The position numbers were made by a program, and so were the translations under genes. 64,000 bases of DNA. Source: Octopus bimaculoides (lineage: Eukaryota). Shown here in pieces: positions 39,975 to 52,360 of the stretch; the first letter of the stretch is position 1; each line of letters starts with the position of its first letter. The notes beneath the pieces are model-generated. The model worked only from the letters and a program-made list of their open reading frames with translations, was not told where the DNA came from and did not search any database. Location of the stretch: positions 30,122,601-30,186,600 of the forward strand of contig NC_069001.1 of the NCBI RefSeq assembly GCF_001194135.2. Reading direction: 5' to 3'.

Positions 39975-40459
39975 GCGTTGATTCCAAATACGTCTCTAGG
40001 TGTTACTGCATGAGGTCTTTTTCTGCACCTACAACATCCGCCAGCTTCAGTTATTATTATGTTAGATGCAGCGTGAATATCAAATCTTTTCTGTGCACAG
40101 TCATTTCGATATATTTTCCCCAACACTCAAAGATTTCATACTCTGTCGTAGCAGAAGAGGGAGAAGTTTTTTTTATGTAAGAATGTGTTAAATTAACTCT
40201 TCTCATATGATTTATATCTATTTTCGGAATTGTAATTACTATAGAAACTAAAGCTGCGAAAAACTGAAGTATTCTATTTTATTTTTGTTGTTGTTTTTTT
40301 TCTGCTGAACTGAACGAACATTGTAAATAAGTGATTGTCACGATAGCCTAAAAGAAATACATTCCATCAATGTTTGGTACCAAAAGAACCAGTCTGTCCA
40401 TAATTAGTGAAAAAAGAAATCTAACCTGCTGTTATTTAGCTAATCTGTGTGCCAAATAT

Positions 40460-40570
40460 TGGTTTCAAACCCTGGCACAAGGTCAGTCATTTCAGGACAG
40501 TTGGTAAGTCAATTACATCGACCCCAGTGTACAACTGGTCCTTCTTTTATCGACCCCGGAATTTGAACTC
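40460..40570 (-). mobile_element. SINE family A 3' part
   Basis: ggcacaagg...ttacatcgaccccagtg..aactgg...tatcgaccccggaatttgaactc. Confidence 0.8.
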
Positions 40571-40908
40571 TTATCTGTCTCAGATATTATTACTTATGAT
40601 GCAGCCACATCGAGTGTTACTTATATGGAACTACGACTTCACACACCAAGAGTGAGAGATTATTTGCGCCTCCAAATCTAGAGACGATGTGACAACGGTT
40701 CATCAATGTTTCGGATCAAAGCAACAAATATACCCCACTTAAAGCTCGAAATCATAGGCAAAATACTTTGGATGGTTCAAGGCTGTAGACAGGCAAATCC
40801 GAAGTGGTTGCTACATCTTACTGGAGGGCATAATGTTTCCGATTCGCTATGATATAGAACGGATGACATAATAACATTTCAAAGGAGAAAATCAATATAT
40901 TTTTAATA

Positions 40909-41150
40909 TAGGTGCAAGAATGGCGGTGTGGTAAGAAGCATGCTTCCCAACCACGTAGTTCCGGGTTGAGTCCCATTGCGTAGCACGTTCTATTATAGCA
41001 TCGTGCCGACCAAAGCCTTGTGAGTGGATTTAGTAGACGGAAATTGAAAGAAGCCCGTCGTATGTTGATATGTATATTTATATGTATGTATTTGTTATTT
41101 GTGTCTGTTTGTCCTCCCACCATCACTTGACAAACGGTGTTTGTGTGTTT
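40909..41150 (+). mobile_element. SINE family B, 3'-truncated
   Basis: aggtgcaagaatggcggtgtggtaagaagc...ccgggttgagtccc...gccgaccaaagccttgtgagtggattt. Confidence 0.9.
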
Positions 41151-41175
41151 ATATATATATATTCCATATGCATTG

Positions 41176-41218
<43 letters not shown>

Positions 41219-41384
41219 TATGGACTAATGCCCTGCTGTAGAACCCAATATACGTACGTTTCAGAACGAAAAACCAGCTATAAGCTACTATAATTTATAT
41301 GATGATCCTTTAGTCTTTAGTCCTTTGTCATCTCTTTTTGTTAGTACCACTCTACACTCGTCTAACACTCCGTTTTCACACACA

Positions 41385-41392
41385 CACACACG

Positions 41393-41484
<92 letters not shown>

Positions 41485-41485
41485 T
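41385..41485. repeat. (CA)n(TA)n microsatellite
   Basis: Directly visible. Confidence 0.95.
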
Positions 41486-42115
41486 AAACATATATGTACA
41501 TACTAATCGATGTATGTACGTATACTCGCATATGTATTTTTCTAACTGCATATGTGTATATATGATAGAATTCGCAAGTAATATGTACATATACGAGTAT
41601 ATTATTTGTGTTTATGTATAAAGATGATGAATTCGCTCCACTATTGATAAATCCAATTGCCAAGCATTAGTATTCTGTATACGTTCCTGACGGAAACCAG
41701 TCGCGTATTGGCTTGTCAGAAATAAGTTTAAAGAATATGTTTGCTCACACAGTGCTTCGGTTATTGGCTGCGAAGGTAATCTCTAAAAAGCGGAATATAT
41801 ATAGCGAAAAGAATACTCAACAATTTGTACTTGTTAGGAATATGAAATTAGATTTATTTTTTTTTTCCGAAAGATTGCTGGTCGTTCTAGAAAGAAGGGG
41901 AAAAGCAAACGTATGCAAGAGAAGAATTATGAAGAAAGAAAATATAGCAACGCATAAACAAGAAGAAAATATCTGATGTGAATTATTTACCTTTAAACAA
42001 GCACACATATATGCGACTCCATATACGTACAGGTAGATACACGCAAACACACACGCACGCAGACGTATATATGTATGTCTGTGTGTGTGTGTTAGAGAGA
42101 GAGAATGAGAGACAG

Positions 42116-42171
<56 letters not shown>

Positions 42172-42331
42172 TACATATGTGTGTAGACGTGTATTTTCAT
42201 ATTTTTATGTCTGTACGTGTGTGTATATATTTTATGTACATATGCATATATATAACTATGTAGAAATATATATATATATATAGGCATATATATTATATAT
42301 GTCCGTGTGTGTGTCGTGTGTGTCTGGTATG

Positions 42332-42374
<43 letters not shown>

Positions 42375-42702
42375 ATATATACATCTATGTACGAATGTGT
42401 AATACGTGTATTTATAATTGATTCAATTTCCTAGTTCGGGTAGCATTCTCGCGTTTTTCTTTATGATATATCTGAATATGGTTATTATTCCTGTATACGG
42501 TGCCAGAAGAGTCTGACATTGCCATCATTATTCCACTGAATGTATTCTTATGTAATTATGACCGAATACTCTGCTGCTGACCTCCACAAATCTCTTCTCC
42601 AGTCACTGTAACCATTGTTTAGAGGTTTCTGAATTGCAGAAAAACACACACTCACACACACACACACACAAATATACACATGCACCCAAACTCACACATA
42701 CG

Positions 42703-42740
<38 letters not shown>

Positions 42741-43158
42741 CAGAGAGAGATTCAAACATGCTCTTATACGGTTGTTTGCCATTGTATGTATATATACGGA
42801 CAGAGAGAAAGACATATTCATACATATTCATAGATAGATAGATAGATAGATAAGTAGTGTATAGTTAGAATGTTTAAGCAGACCAGTAGGATATCCTTCT
42901 GTTTTTGGTATAAAATATGTTCTTGAGAATTGGCCTTCAATTGGTTTAAAAAAATATTGCACCAGCCTAATTGAGATTCAACCTACGTAAGCTATTATCG
43001 TAATTGTTTTCACATTTTTCTTTAGCTGAGCAGTTGATTGACGTGATATTGTGAAACTGCGCTCCAGGTGTAACCTTCAGTATTACTATTTCGGTGGACA
43101 TTAAATCCATATATAAAGTATTATTGTTGTTATTTCTATTATTATTATTATTATTATT

Positions 43159-43528
43159 AACGCTGGAGAGGTACTACCGCGACAGCTGTTCACTACCAGT
43201 GCACTAAGGTAAAACACTTTTTTTTTGGATCACCGTCCGGAGTATTCGAGCGCTTCCAAGCAGTGCTGTTTTCTGCAAGTGCTCCAACCTTATTGCAGCC
43301 CCTATTTTGTCTATGTACTTCTCAAGACTTTTGCTCACTGTTCACAGGGCTCAGACTATTATTGGTACTACTACCACCTTTTTCATCGACCTCAACTGCT
43401 TAACCTCCCAAGATAACCTGTCATATCGATGGACTTTTCATTCTTCCTTATCGCATACCTTGTTGTCAGCTGGGCATGCTATATCTATCATCCAGCATCG
43501 TTTGCCTTCTTTCTCAATTAACACTATG
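43159..43528 (-). mobile_element. Dong/R4 3' fragment (same family as 11799-12940)
   Basis: IVLIEKEGKRCWMIDIACPADNKVCDKEE; shares the ctccagcgtt terminus; runs directly into (TAA)n. Confidence 0.9.
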
Positions 43529-44160
43529 CCTCCAGCATCACCACCAGAAATTACTAAAAACGTGTAATGAAAGGAAATACAACAACTTACTGCAGAATGT
43601 GTGGAGATGGAGAAGAAATAATGAATCATAGTGTCTCTGTCTGCCCAGTCCTGGTTAAGAAGGTGTATATTTAGAGACATGGCAGAGTTGGGACCTATAT
43701 ACACTGGAAGCTGTATATAGAAGAGGTCACAGAAAATGGGAAAGCAACCATACTCTGGGATATGCCAATACACACAGATGGAGAAATTAAGGTCAATGGG
43801 CCGGATATAGTTCTCAGAGATTATCGAGATAAAATGTTTTCTAATTGATGTATCAATACCAACAGATGACAGAGTTGCTCTAAAAGAAATGGAGTAAGTT
43901 TCATATTACAAAGACCTAGAAATAGAGGTAACTCGAATGTGGAGTCCAAAAACAGAAACAATCATCCGTATTAGTAGGCGCATTGGGTGTGACAAATACA
44001 TAACAAAAACTCCGGAACTAACAAGTAAGTATAACATACAGAAAATAGTACTAATAGGCACTGTACACATCCTACGTAAGATGCTTTCAATATATTAACT
44101 ACAGAACATCACACCAAACCACAGCACATACCTAAGACACACGCAGCTCGGTAGTGCACG
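43529..44160 (+). mobile_element. Dong/R4 3' fragment (different family)
   Basis: TRNY.K..CRMCGDGEEIMNHSVSVCPVLVKK..RHGRVGTYIHWKL; DMPIHTD...PDIVLRD..LIDVSIPTDD..YKDLEIEVTRMW..GALG..QKIVLIGTVHILRKMLSI*; followed by (ATA/ATG)n. Confidence 0.9.
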
Positions 44161-44269
44161 TGATGATGATAATAATAATGATGATAATAGTATTAACAAT
44201 GATAATAATGATGATAATAATAGTAATGATAATAATAATACTGACAATAATAATAATAATGATAATAAA

Positions 44270-44305
<36 letters not shown>

Positions 44306-44310
44306 TCTTA
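44160..44310. repeat. (ATA)n degenerate microsatellite
   Basis: Directly visible; downstream of the R4 3' end. Confidence 0.95.
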
Positions 44311-44324
44311 CTGTTATACACATA

Positions 44325-44435
44325 ATGCCTAGAATTTCGAGGGGATTTGACTTGTCGATTACATCGACTCCATTGTTTAACTGGTACTTATTCTATCGAT
44401 CCCGAAAGGATGAAAGGTAAAGACGACCTCGGTGG
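44325..44435 (-). mobile_element. SINE family A 3' part
   Basis: gtcgattacatcgac..aactggtactt..tatcgatcccgaaaggatgaaaggtaaagacgacctcgg. Confidence 0.85.
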
Positions 44436-45786
44436 GACTATGATGTTAATAATAAACATAATAGTAGTAGTAGTAGTAGTAGTAACAAGGAGATGAAGAT
44501 GGCGCTGAGGACGATGATGGCGACGGTGATCCTGAAGAAGATGAAGATTATGATGATGATGAAGACGCTGATGATGACGATGATGATGATGATGATGTTG
44601 ATGTTGTTGATGAAGTATTATATTGAGAGAAAAAGGAAGAAATTAAGAGTAGTGAGTCAGTGTTTCTCACAATGTATTACGGAAAGCAATGGAAGGAGAG
44701 ACAGCAAGTCATTAGAAGTCTTGAGAACATTTATTTGTATCTAAATGTGAACGCATGTGTATGTGTGTGTGGTGTTAAGGGAATAAATAAACATATATGT
44801 GTATGTATGTGCCATAGAGGGAGAGAGCGATAGAGAAAGAAAGGAGAATGAGAGGAGATGGCTGTATATGGGTTTGTGTAAAACAAAACTAATAGAAATA
44901 ATACGAAGAAGTAAAATAAAGAAACGAACGGGAAAAAAAAAGAAGGAAATAAGCAAATGAGAGAACAACAATGGGATAAATTGAATTACAATCATTAGAC
45001 AACCACATTTTGCCGTCAGAGCAAATACCTTCAAGCGCTGAAAGGTATTTCACATTCATACGACACAAAAGAAGTATTGATTCCGAAACTATAGGCTTTT
45101 CATCGGATCTTGTTTTGTTTCGGCTTTTGAAGAAGCTCTATTATATTTGCTAATAGTACCAACGACTGGTTTTAACGGCCAACATGTTTGCCACGACTGC
45201 TGCAGAGAATAACACTGTATTAATATATTGCCGCTACTGTTTTTATGGTTATGTTGGCTGACAACATTGGATACAGAAATAATCATAAAACATGCTATGG
45301 GGATAACTATTCTCATATATGTATATATATATATAAGAATTTCATTGCTACAAGAAAACATACAGTGGATTATGTAAAGATGTAGTAATACGCATAGTTT
45401 GCAGACACTAATGGCATTTTTCAGTCTTTGAATAACACCGCTTGTAGATTTAGGGCGAAGAGTCTGGAGAGGGCACGTACCCTATTTTTCAGATTGACCA
45501 TGCTTTCCCTTTTGGGGAATCATTTTGTCTTTGAATTATTTTGTTTCTTTGTTGTTTCGTTTTTTCCAGTTTACATGGATTAGTGTACACCCACATAATA
45601 GCGTACTGTACTGTATCATCTTCTCTATTCCTTGCGCTTTGTGTAAACCCTTAATGGGTAATAATGAAGTAGTTATTTAAATACACCTGTTTAGTTATTT
45701 ATACATTTATATAATGTGATCCAATGTCTAAGTGTTATCGCTTATTATTATTATTATTATTAGTAGTAGTAGTAGTATCATTATTA

Positions 45787-46001
45787 TAAAGGCGGTGACC
45801 TGGTAGAATCGTTAGAACACTAGGCGAAGTGCTTAGCGGTATTTCACCCATCGCTACGTTCTGAGTTCAAATTCTGTCGAGGTCGACTTTGCCTTACAAC
45901 CTTTCGGGGTCGATAAATTAGGTACCATGTAAGTACTGGGGTCGATGTAACTTACTATCCCCTTCCCCCAAATTTCAGAACTTGTGCCTATAATAGAAAG
46001 G

Positions 46002-46040
<39 letters not shown>
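45787..46040 (+). mobile_element. SINE family A, full length with (ATT)n tail
   Basis: taaaggcggtgacctggtagaatcgttag...gagttcaaattctg...ggggtcgat...tgtgcctataatagaaagg(att)13. Confidence 0.95.
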
Positions 46041-46514
46041 GAGTGAGAAGGCAGTGCGTGCCATCAAATACTTGTGAGACACATGCATCATAACCATATG
46101 TGCGTGACATGGCGATCTTATATCAAAATAAGCCGCTCATGACCTTGCAGGTGTGCCCCAGTTTGAACTTTTTTCATGTCGAGTAGCCCATCCTTCTCAA
46201 AAGGACTATGGAAGGTGTTTTTAGAATGCTGAATGAGACAACCATGTTTCTAAAGGTGAATTATCTAATCCCCAAAGAATTACTCTCAATACATTGCAAC
46301 GATTCTCCCCCACAAATTCTGCTCGTGATCAGAGATGCACGTATCGTCAGCCACCAAGGGACATGCGGGACTGGTTCAGTTAAAACAACTGACAAGCAAG
46401 TCTGAGGTATTGAGTAGAATATTTGCTGTGACCCATCTTCTATACCAAGACAAAACAATGTATGTGATAACACTTCCAATCAGTCAAGATCAGAAGCCAT
46501 GAGAACCAATGCCT
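46041..46514 (-). mobile_element. About 475-bp non-coding retroposon-like repeat ending in (AAT)n
   Basis: No coding motif or tRNA head recognised; the minus-strand 3' end ...cttctcactc runs directly into (aat)n. Recognised from memory as an abundant octopus repeat (unverified). Confidence 0.55.
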
Positions 46515-46559
46515 GTTATTATTATTTTCTTCTTTTGTTGTTTTACTTTACAGAACGTT

Positions 46560-47280
46560 CGGCTTTATTTGTTCTGATGCATCTTGTGAAACTGGACAGA
46601 ATCCTGCCGTAAGAGGCCTCACAGGGCCGCTTTTCCCACATTATAAGCTTTGATATTCAGGTGTTGATTGTTGTGGGAGATATTGCTCATCCAATCTCAA
46701 AATCCTACCTGTTCCCAGCAGAGCAATTTTTTTAGCATGCGCTCTGCTCTCATATCAATTCCGATTTCTTTGACAAATTTCACGATCTTGGTCGTTAATG
46801 CTCCGAGTGCCCTTCTAACTATTAGAATGACAGACACTCTTCATAGTTCACATTCTTACAATTTCATCTTCTAGTAGTCTGTACTTTTCTATCTTTACTA
46901 CTTGTTTATGACTTATGCGTGCATCTCTAGGTTTTGTAATTTCAATGATCATGGTTTCCTTTTTTGCTCTATTTACCACCACAATATCTGGCCTTCAAGC
47001 CTCGATTACGGAGTCGTATTGGATTATAAATTCCCACCGTATCTTATATTCATTGTTCTCGGTGGTTCTCCTTGTGGTTCATGTTCTTATCATTTACGTA
47101 TTATATTTAGGACCTTTTCAATAATGACAAATGTACTGTACCTATTGCTATCTGGTATTAAATGTATTAGCCCTCCTAACCAATTATGTCCTCTGATGAA
47201 GCCTAGAGAACACTCATAATCCAAACTGTATCTTCCCATCCCAACAGAACACTGAACAGATGGAGATGGCATGGAAAATA
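46560..47280 (-). mobile_element. Dong/R4 3' fragment (third family), decayed
   Basis: ENNEYKIRWEFIIQYDSVIEA-RPDIVVVNRAK..MIIEITKPRDARI...EKYRLLEDEIVRM...ALGAL. Confidence 0.8.
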
Positions 47281-48305
47281 TCGTTGTCTCTTAGCAGAAC
47301 CGCCAAAAGGAACTCATCTTTTGCTCTTTTCGTAATATTAACACATGTGTGCGTAACACATAGTTACTGCAGGTGTATATTTTCTTATAATACTTTCTAA
47401 TGCTTTGGAATAAATAGGCACACTGAAATGACTACCGGATGATGTATGTTGTTTCGTATCCTCTCCATTTTCTTATTTGCTATATATATATNNNNNNNNN
47501 NNNNNNNNNNNNNNNNNNNNNNNNNNNNNNNNNNNNNNNNNNNNNNNNNNNNNNNNNNNNNNNNNNNNNNNNNNNNNNNNNNNNNNNNNNNNNNNNNNNN
47601 NNNNNNNNNNNNNNNNNNNNNNNNNNNNNNNNNNNNNNNNNNNNNNNNNNNNNNNNNNNNNNNNNNNNNNNNNNNNNNNNNNNNNNNNNNNNNNNNNNNN
47701 NNNNNNNNNNNNNNNNNNNNNNNNNNNNNNNNNNNNNNNNNNNNNNNNNNNNNNNNNNNNNNNNNNNNNNNNNNNNNNNNNNNNNNNNNNNNNNNNNNNN
47801 NNNNNNNNNNNNNNNNNNNNNNNNNNNNNNNNNNNNNNNNNNNNNNNNNNNNNNNNNNNNNNNNNNNNNNNNNNNNNNNNNNNNNNNNNNNNNNNNNNNN
47901 NNNNNNNNNNNNNNNNNNNNNNNNNNNNNNNNNNNNNNNNNNNNNNNNNNNNNNNNNNNNNNNNNNNNNNNNNNNNNNNNNNNNNNNNNNNNNNNNNNNN
48001 NNNNNNNNNNNNNNNNNNNNNNNNNNNNNNNNNNNNNNNNNNNNNNNNNNNNNNNNNNNNNNNNNNNNNNNNNNNNNNNNNNNNNNNNNNNNNNNNNNNN
48101 NNNNNNNNNNNNNNNNNNNNNNNNNNNNNNNNNNNNNNNNNNNNNNNNNNNNNNNNNNNNNNNNNNNNNNNNNNNNNNNNNNNNNNNNNNNNNNNNNNNN
48201 NNNNNNNNNNNNNNNNNNNNNNNNNNNNNNNNNNNNNNNNNNNNNNNNNNNNNNNNNNNNNNNNNNNNNNNNNNNNNNNNNNNNNNNNNNNNNNNNNNNN
48301 NNNCA

Positions 48306-48341
<36 letters not shown>

Positions 48342-48928
48342 CAGCAAATAATTTGCGAGAAAAATAATTTTGGGAGATATCATTGACTCTGTTATTATCT
48401 AAAGTAATAATTTGAAAATGATAACAGAATCAATAGTATAGGCGTTTCCAGGCCCCGAAAGAGCACTAAATTGCTGAAGTATTAAAAGTAATCAACGGAT
48501 ATACTAAGTACGTTAACCTGCTGGAAATAACAGTCAAAACCCTTATTTAAATTACCACGATACATTGATAATCACTACAGGAATCAACCAACCGAAGGCA
48601 AACGTGCCACGAAAAATCTCTCAGCATACATTTAGACTCACGTGGACCGGTTTCTGGACTGGCATAATCGCCTCACTTTCCTCGGCACGCGTTACCATGA
48701 TAGAGGGCCGCAACCCGTTGTGTTGAAGTCTGCGCTGCAACTGGTTCATTTCTTGTCGAAGTCATGACAGACGCAGGTGTGAAAATTCTTTCATTACGGA
48801 ACAAATAATTCGTGAGAAAAATATTTTACGTGTGCGTGTGTACTTTACGTACGTATGAATGCATGTATACAATTACTATATCCGCATGATCATACCCGTT
48901 GGCAAACGCTTAAGTTTTAATTTGTGTC

Positions 48929-49100
48929 TACACCAAGCCATCGCCATATCCGCAGTTCACCTATCGCGCAGTCAGTACATCGCCGATTTTTCTGGCTAAT
49001 ATATGTAACTTCATATCGCGGACTTATATATTTTAGATTCTATTTATTTCTGTGGGAGATTTTGGAACGTAACTCCCGTGATAGTCGAGGGATTACTGTA
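48929..49100. mobile_element. Complete Tigger/pogo-like MITE
   Basis: TA at both ends; imperfect TIRs tacaccaagccatcgccatatccgc and (reverse complement) tacagtaatccctcgactatcacgg. Confidence 0.75.
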
Positions 49101-49199
49101 TGTTTTCCATCCCTTGTATCATTCGTATTCATTTCTTTCGTTGTGCATATCTTCCAATTCTGCTTCATTCTTTACATATTTACCTCTTCGTTTCTCGCG

Positions 49200-49720
49200 A
49201 CGTGCCTGTGATTTCCCTTCTCGTTCTTTCTTCTCATTTCGTTACGTTCTTGTTCAGTTTCCTTTTTTCTTCTTTTGCTTTCCCCTCATCTCTTTCTACT
49301 TCCAGTACCTCTTCTATCTTTTTCTTTTCATTCACTCCTTCCATTTCATCTGTTTCTTCATCCTCTCTCTTCCTTCTCCCTCCTTTATCATTCCATCTTT
49401 TCTTTCCCCTTGTGCTACTCTCATTATCCTTCACGTCAACCTCTTTGTTCTTTTCTTCCTCCCTCTTCTTTACATCTCTCTATCACTTTCTCTCCTCTTT
49501 TGCTTCTACTTTACTGTTTCTTTCTCTTCCTCCTCTTTTTGTCTTCTTTCTAATTCTCATTCCTTGTCCTTCACCTTTTCTCTTCTATTCTCTACTACCT
49601 TCGATCTTTACTTCGTTTTCTTCTCTTTTTAATTGGTCTTCTACTTTTCGTCTTCTTGTTCTACCACCACCACTAATAATAATACTAATACTCTGCCAGT
49701 GCTATTGCTGTTGCTACTAT
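49200..49720. repeat. Pyrimidine-rich low-complexity tract
   Basis: CT-rich; source of the S/F/L-rich ORFs. Confidence 0.85.
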
Positions 49721-50277
49721 TACTTCTTTCTGATCATTTTGTTATTATTGTGTGTGTTGCTAGGTCTTTGTTTACTTTCCATGCTTTTATTTCTGTTCAT
49801 CCATTTTCTCCTAATCACCATGGTTATCATTTCATTCCTCCTTCCTGCCTTCTACCTTTTCTCTGCAGTAATATTTCATTCCATTTTGATTATCTGAGCA
49901 TTTATTTGTTATGTTTAACTAAAATCAATTGTATAGAAGCTTATTCAATTCTATTCTCTGCGGTTAAATTACCTACCTAAAAATTATTTCTAAATTATAT
50001 CAATCCCTATGAGTAATATATGAATGTTGCCATTTTCTGTAAGGTTGCAATTCAGTGAGATAAATGCTTAAGGTAAAAATGTAAATTAAACTTTTAAAAC
50101 CCAAAGCTCATGTTTATTTATCCTGCAACATTCCAAACCCATATTATATATGATTACAAACGATTAAGAATGTTATGAACTCCATAATAAGTAAACAAAA
50201 GAATTTTCTTGAAATTTCCTTCCTATCAAATTCAAAATTTTTATCTCATCAAATACATACTTTTGTCTTTTCTACTC

Positions 50278-50402
50278 TAGGCACAGGGTTGGAATTTTTT
50301 GGAGGGGAAGCCAGTCGATTACATCGATTCCAGTAGGCAACTGGTGCTTAATTTATCGACCCCGAAAGGCTGAAAGGCAAAGTCGACCATGGCTGAATTT
50401 GA
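50278..50402 (-). mobile_element. SINE family A 3' part
   Basis: gtcgattacatcga..aactggtgcttaatttatcgaccccgaaaggctgaaaggcaaagtcgacc. Confidence 0.9.
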
Positions 50403-50882
50403 GTGTGTGAGTGTGTGGTGGTGAGATAGTGTGTTTGTGTGTGTATGTATGTGCGTGTGAGTGTGTGTGTGAGGGTGTGTATTTGTGCGTGTGTGTGGAG
50501 GGGGTCGTATGTTATATTTTGGTTATATACGTTTTTTGGCAATTGAATAAAATGTAATCTCCAGAGACCTGCTCGACTGAGCAATGTGTACCTTCCAATA
50601 TCATTCAGAAAGGATTCTTCTTTTTTAACCAAAATGAATCGTCACATCATAAATTCTCGCGACACCGAGTAATGTCAGGCTAATTATCATTAATGAAGAC
50701 GCGTGTCTCCAGTTACAAGGCACTTCATTGCGCAAAGCCGATCGTGCCAGAGTCTAATAAATTGAAAAAAATACCTTCTCCAGAATAAAAGGAAAAAAAA
50801 CCTCACTATTAGACTGTTTGTTGTTGTCGTTCAGGTCTTCCTCGTACACATCAAAAACTTCTTCTACGTCGTCGTACGCCAC

Positions 50883-50928
<46 letters not shown>

Positions 50929-52057
50929 TGTCGTCGTCGACGGCAAAATTGTTATGATCATGAACTATGAGATTCTCAACAAATTTACCCCATTTTTTTC
51001 ATCGGAATCATAGATCTCGACGTTACCGTTTCCACAGAACTGTACCTGCAGTAAGAGGAATAATATTATACAATATTCAACAATTTTGCCGTCGACGACG
51101 ACAATGATGATGATGATCACTCCCTCTGAAGACGACGAATGACCGTTCAGCCATTGCTGAACGACTATCACAAAATGTCTCGCTTAATGTGATCAATTGT
51201 ATGTGCCATGCATTAGTTCTCTCCCGCAATCAAATGGACGTTGTTTGAATAGATGCACGGTGTACCACCCGTCAGGTGTCGTTGTGATTCCAGAGCGACG
51301 TCAGATGAAATGTTATGTTNNNNNNNNNNNNNNNNNNNNNNNNNNNNNNNNNNNNNNNNNNNNNNNNNNNNNNNNNNNNNNNNNNNNNNNNNNNNNNNNN
51401 NNNNNNNNNNNNNNNNNNNNNNNNNNNNNNNNNNNNNNNNNNNNNNNNNNNNNNNNNNNNNNNNNNNNNNNNNNNNNNNNNNNNNNNNNNNNNNNNNNNN
51501 NNNNNNNNNNNNNNNNNNNNNNNNNNNNNNNNNNNNNNNNNNNNNNNNNNNNNNNNNNNNNNNNNNNNNNNNNNNNNNNNNNNNNNNNNNNNNNNNNNNN
51601 NNNNNNNNNNNNNNNNNNNNNNNNNNNNNNNNNNNNNNNNNNNNNNNNNNNNNNNNNNNNNNNNNNNNNNNNNNNNNNNNNNNNNNNNNNNNNNNNNNNN
51701 NNNNNNNNNNNNNNNNNNNNNNNNNNNNNNNNNNNNNNNNNNNNNNNNNNNNNNNNNAATCCCACAGATAGCATCACTTGTAACTCACAACGGCCTTTGT
51801 GAGTTACAAGTGATGCTATCTGTGGGATTCTCAGCTTTCTTAGCTGCTATTTCTGAACTTCGGTATATGGTGAAGCAAACATTTGCTGATACCTTAATTA
51901 TATTTATAAATATATATGAGCTTTTAAATAAGTTCTCCACCAATAATGGTGCTTTCATACCGATGGGCTTGGTAAACATTGTTAATTGTTAATTGATTTA
52001 TTAATTAATAAATTGACAATCCTTTACCCTTTTAATTTGTAATATATATATATATAT

Positions 52058-52325
52058 ATGATGATGATGATCACTCCCTCTGAAGACGACGAATGACCGT
52101 TCAGCCATTGCTGAACGACTATCACAAAATGTCTCGCTTAATGTGATCAATTGTATGTGCCATGCATTAGTTCTCTCCCGCAATCAAATGGACGTTGTTT
52201 GAATAGATGCACGGTGTACCACCCGTCAGGTGTCGTTGTGATTCCAGAGCGACGTCAGATGAAATGTTATGTTTACAAACACAGCGCCCCACCCGGTCTA
52301 GGAATTGAAATCCCGAACCAATAAC
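52058..52325 (-). mobile_element. Probable third tRNA-SINE family with (CAT)n tail; 216 bp duplicated identically at 51104-51319
   Basis: Minus strand has a B-box-like gggatttcaattcc, then body, then gagggagtg(atc)n. Confidence 0.5.
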
Positions 52326-52360
52326 TCATACACCCTTTCTTATATACATTTAGTATAAGT

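Noticed and set aside
47193-47210. ctgatgaagcc
   Set aside because: Lies antisense within R4 coding remnant; no stem II partner or GAAAC.
37640-48386. Long ORFs of 200-330 aa in the track at 37.6, 39.3 and 47.4 kb
   Set aside because: Almost entirely X residues from N gaps plus (TA)n.
49078-49980. 265-aa and 184-aa S/F/L-rich ORFs
   Set aside because: A pyrimidine-rich low-complexity tract lacks stop codons by composition.
51104-52273. Identical 216-bp block at 51104-51319 and 52058-52273
   Set aside because: 100% identity, joins at (GAT)n and ends at a gap; most likely misassembly rather than a real duplication.
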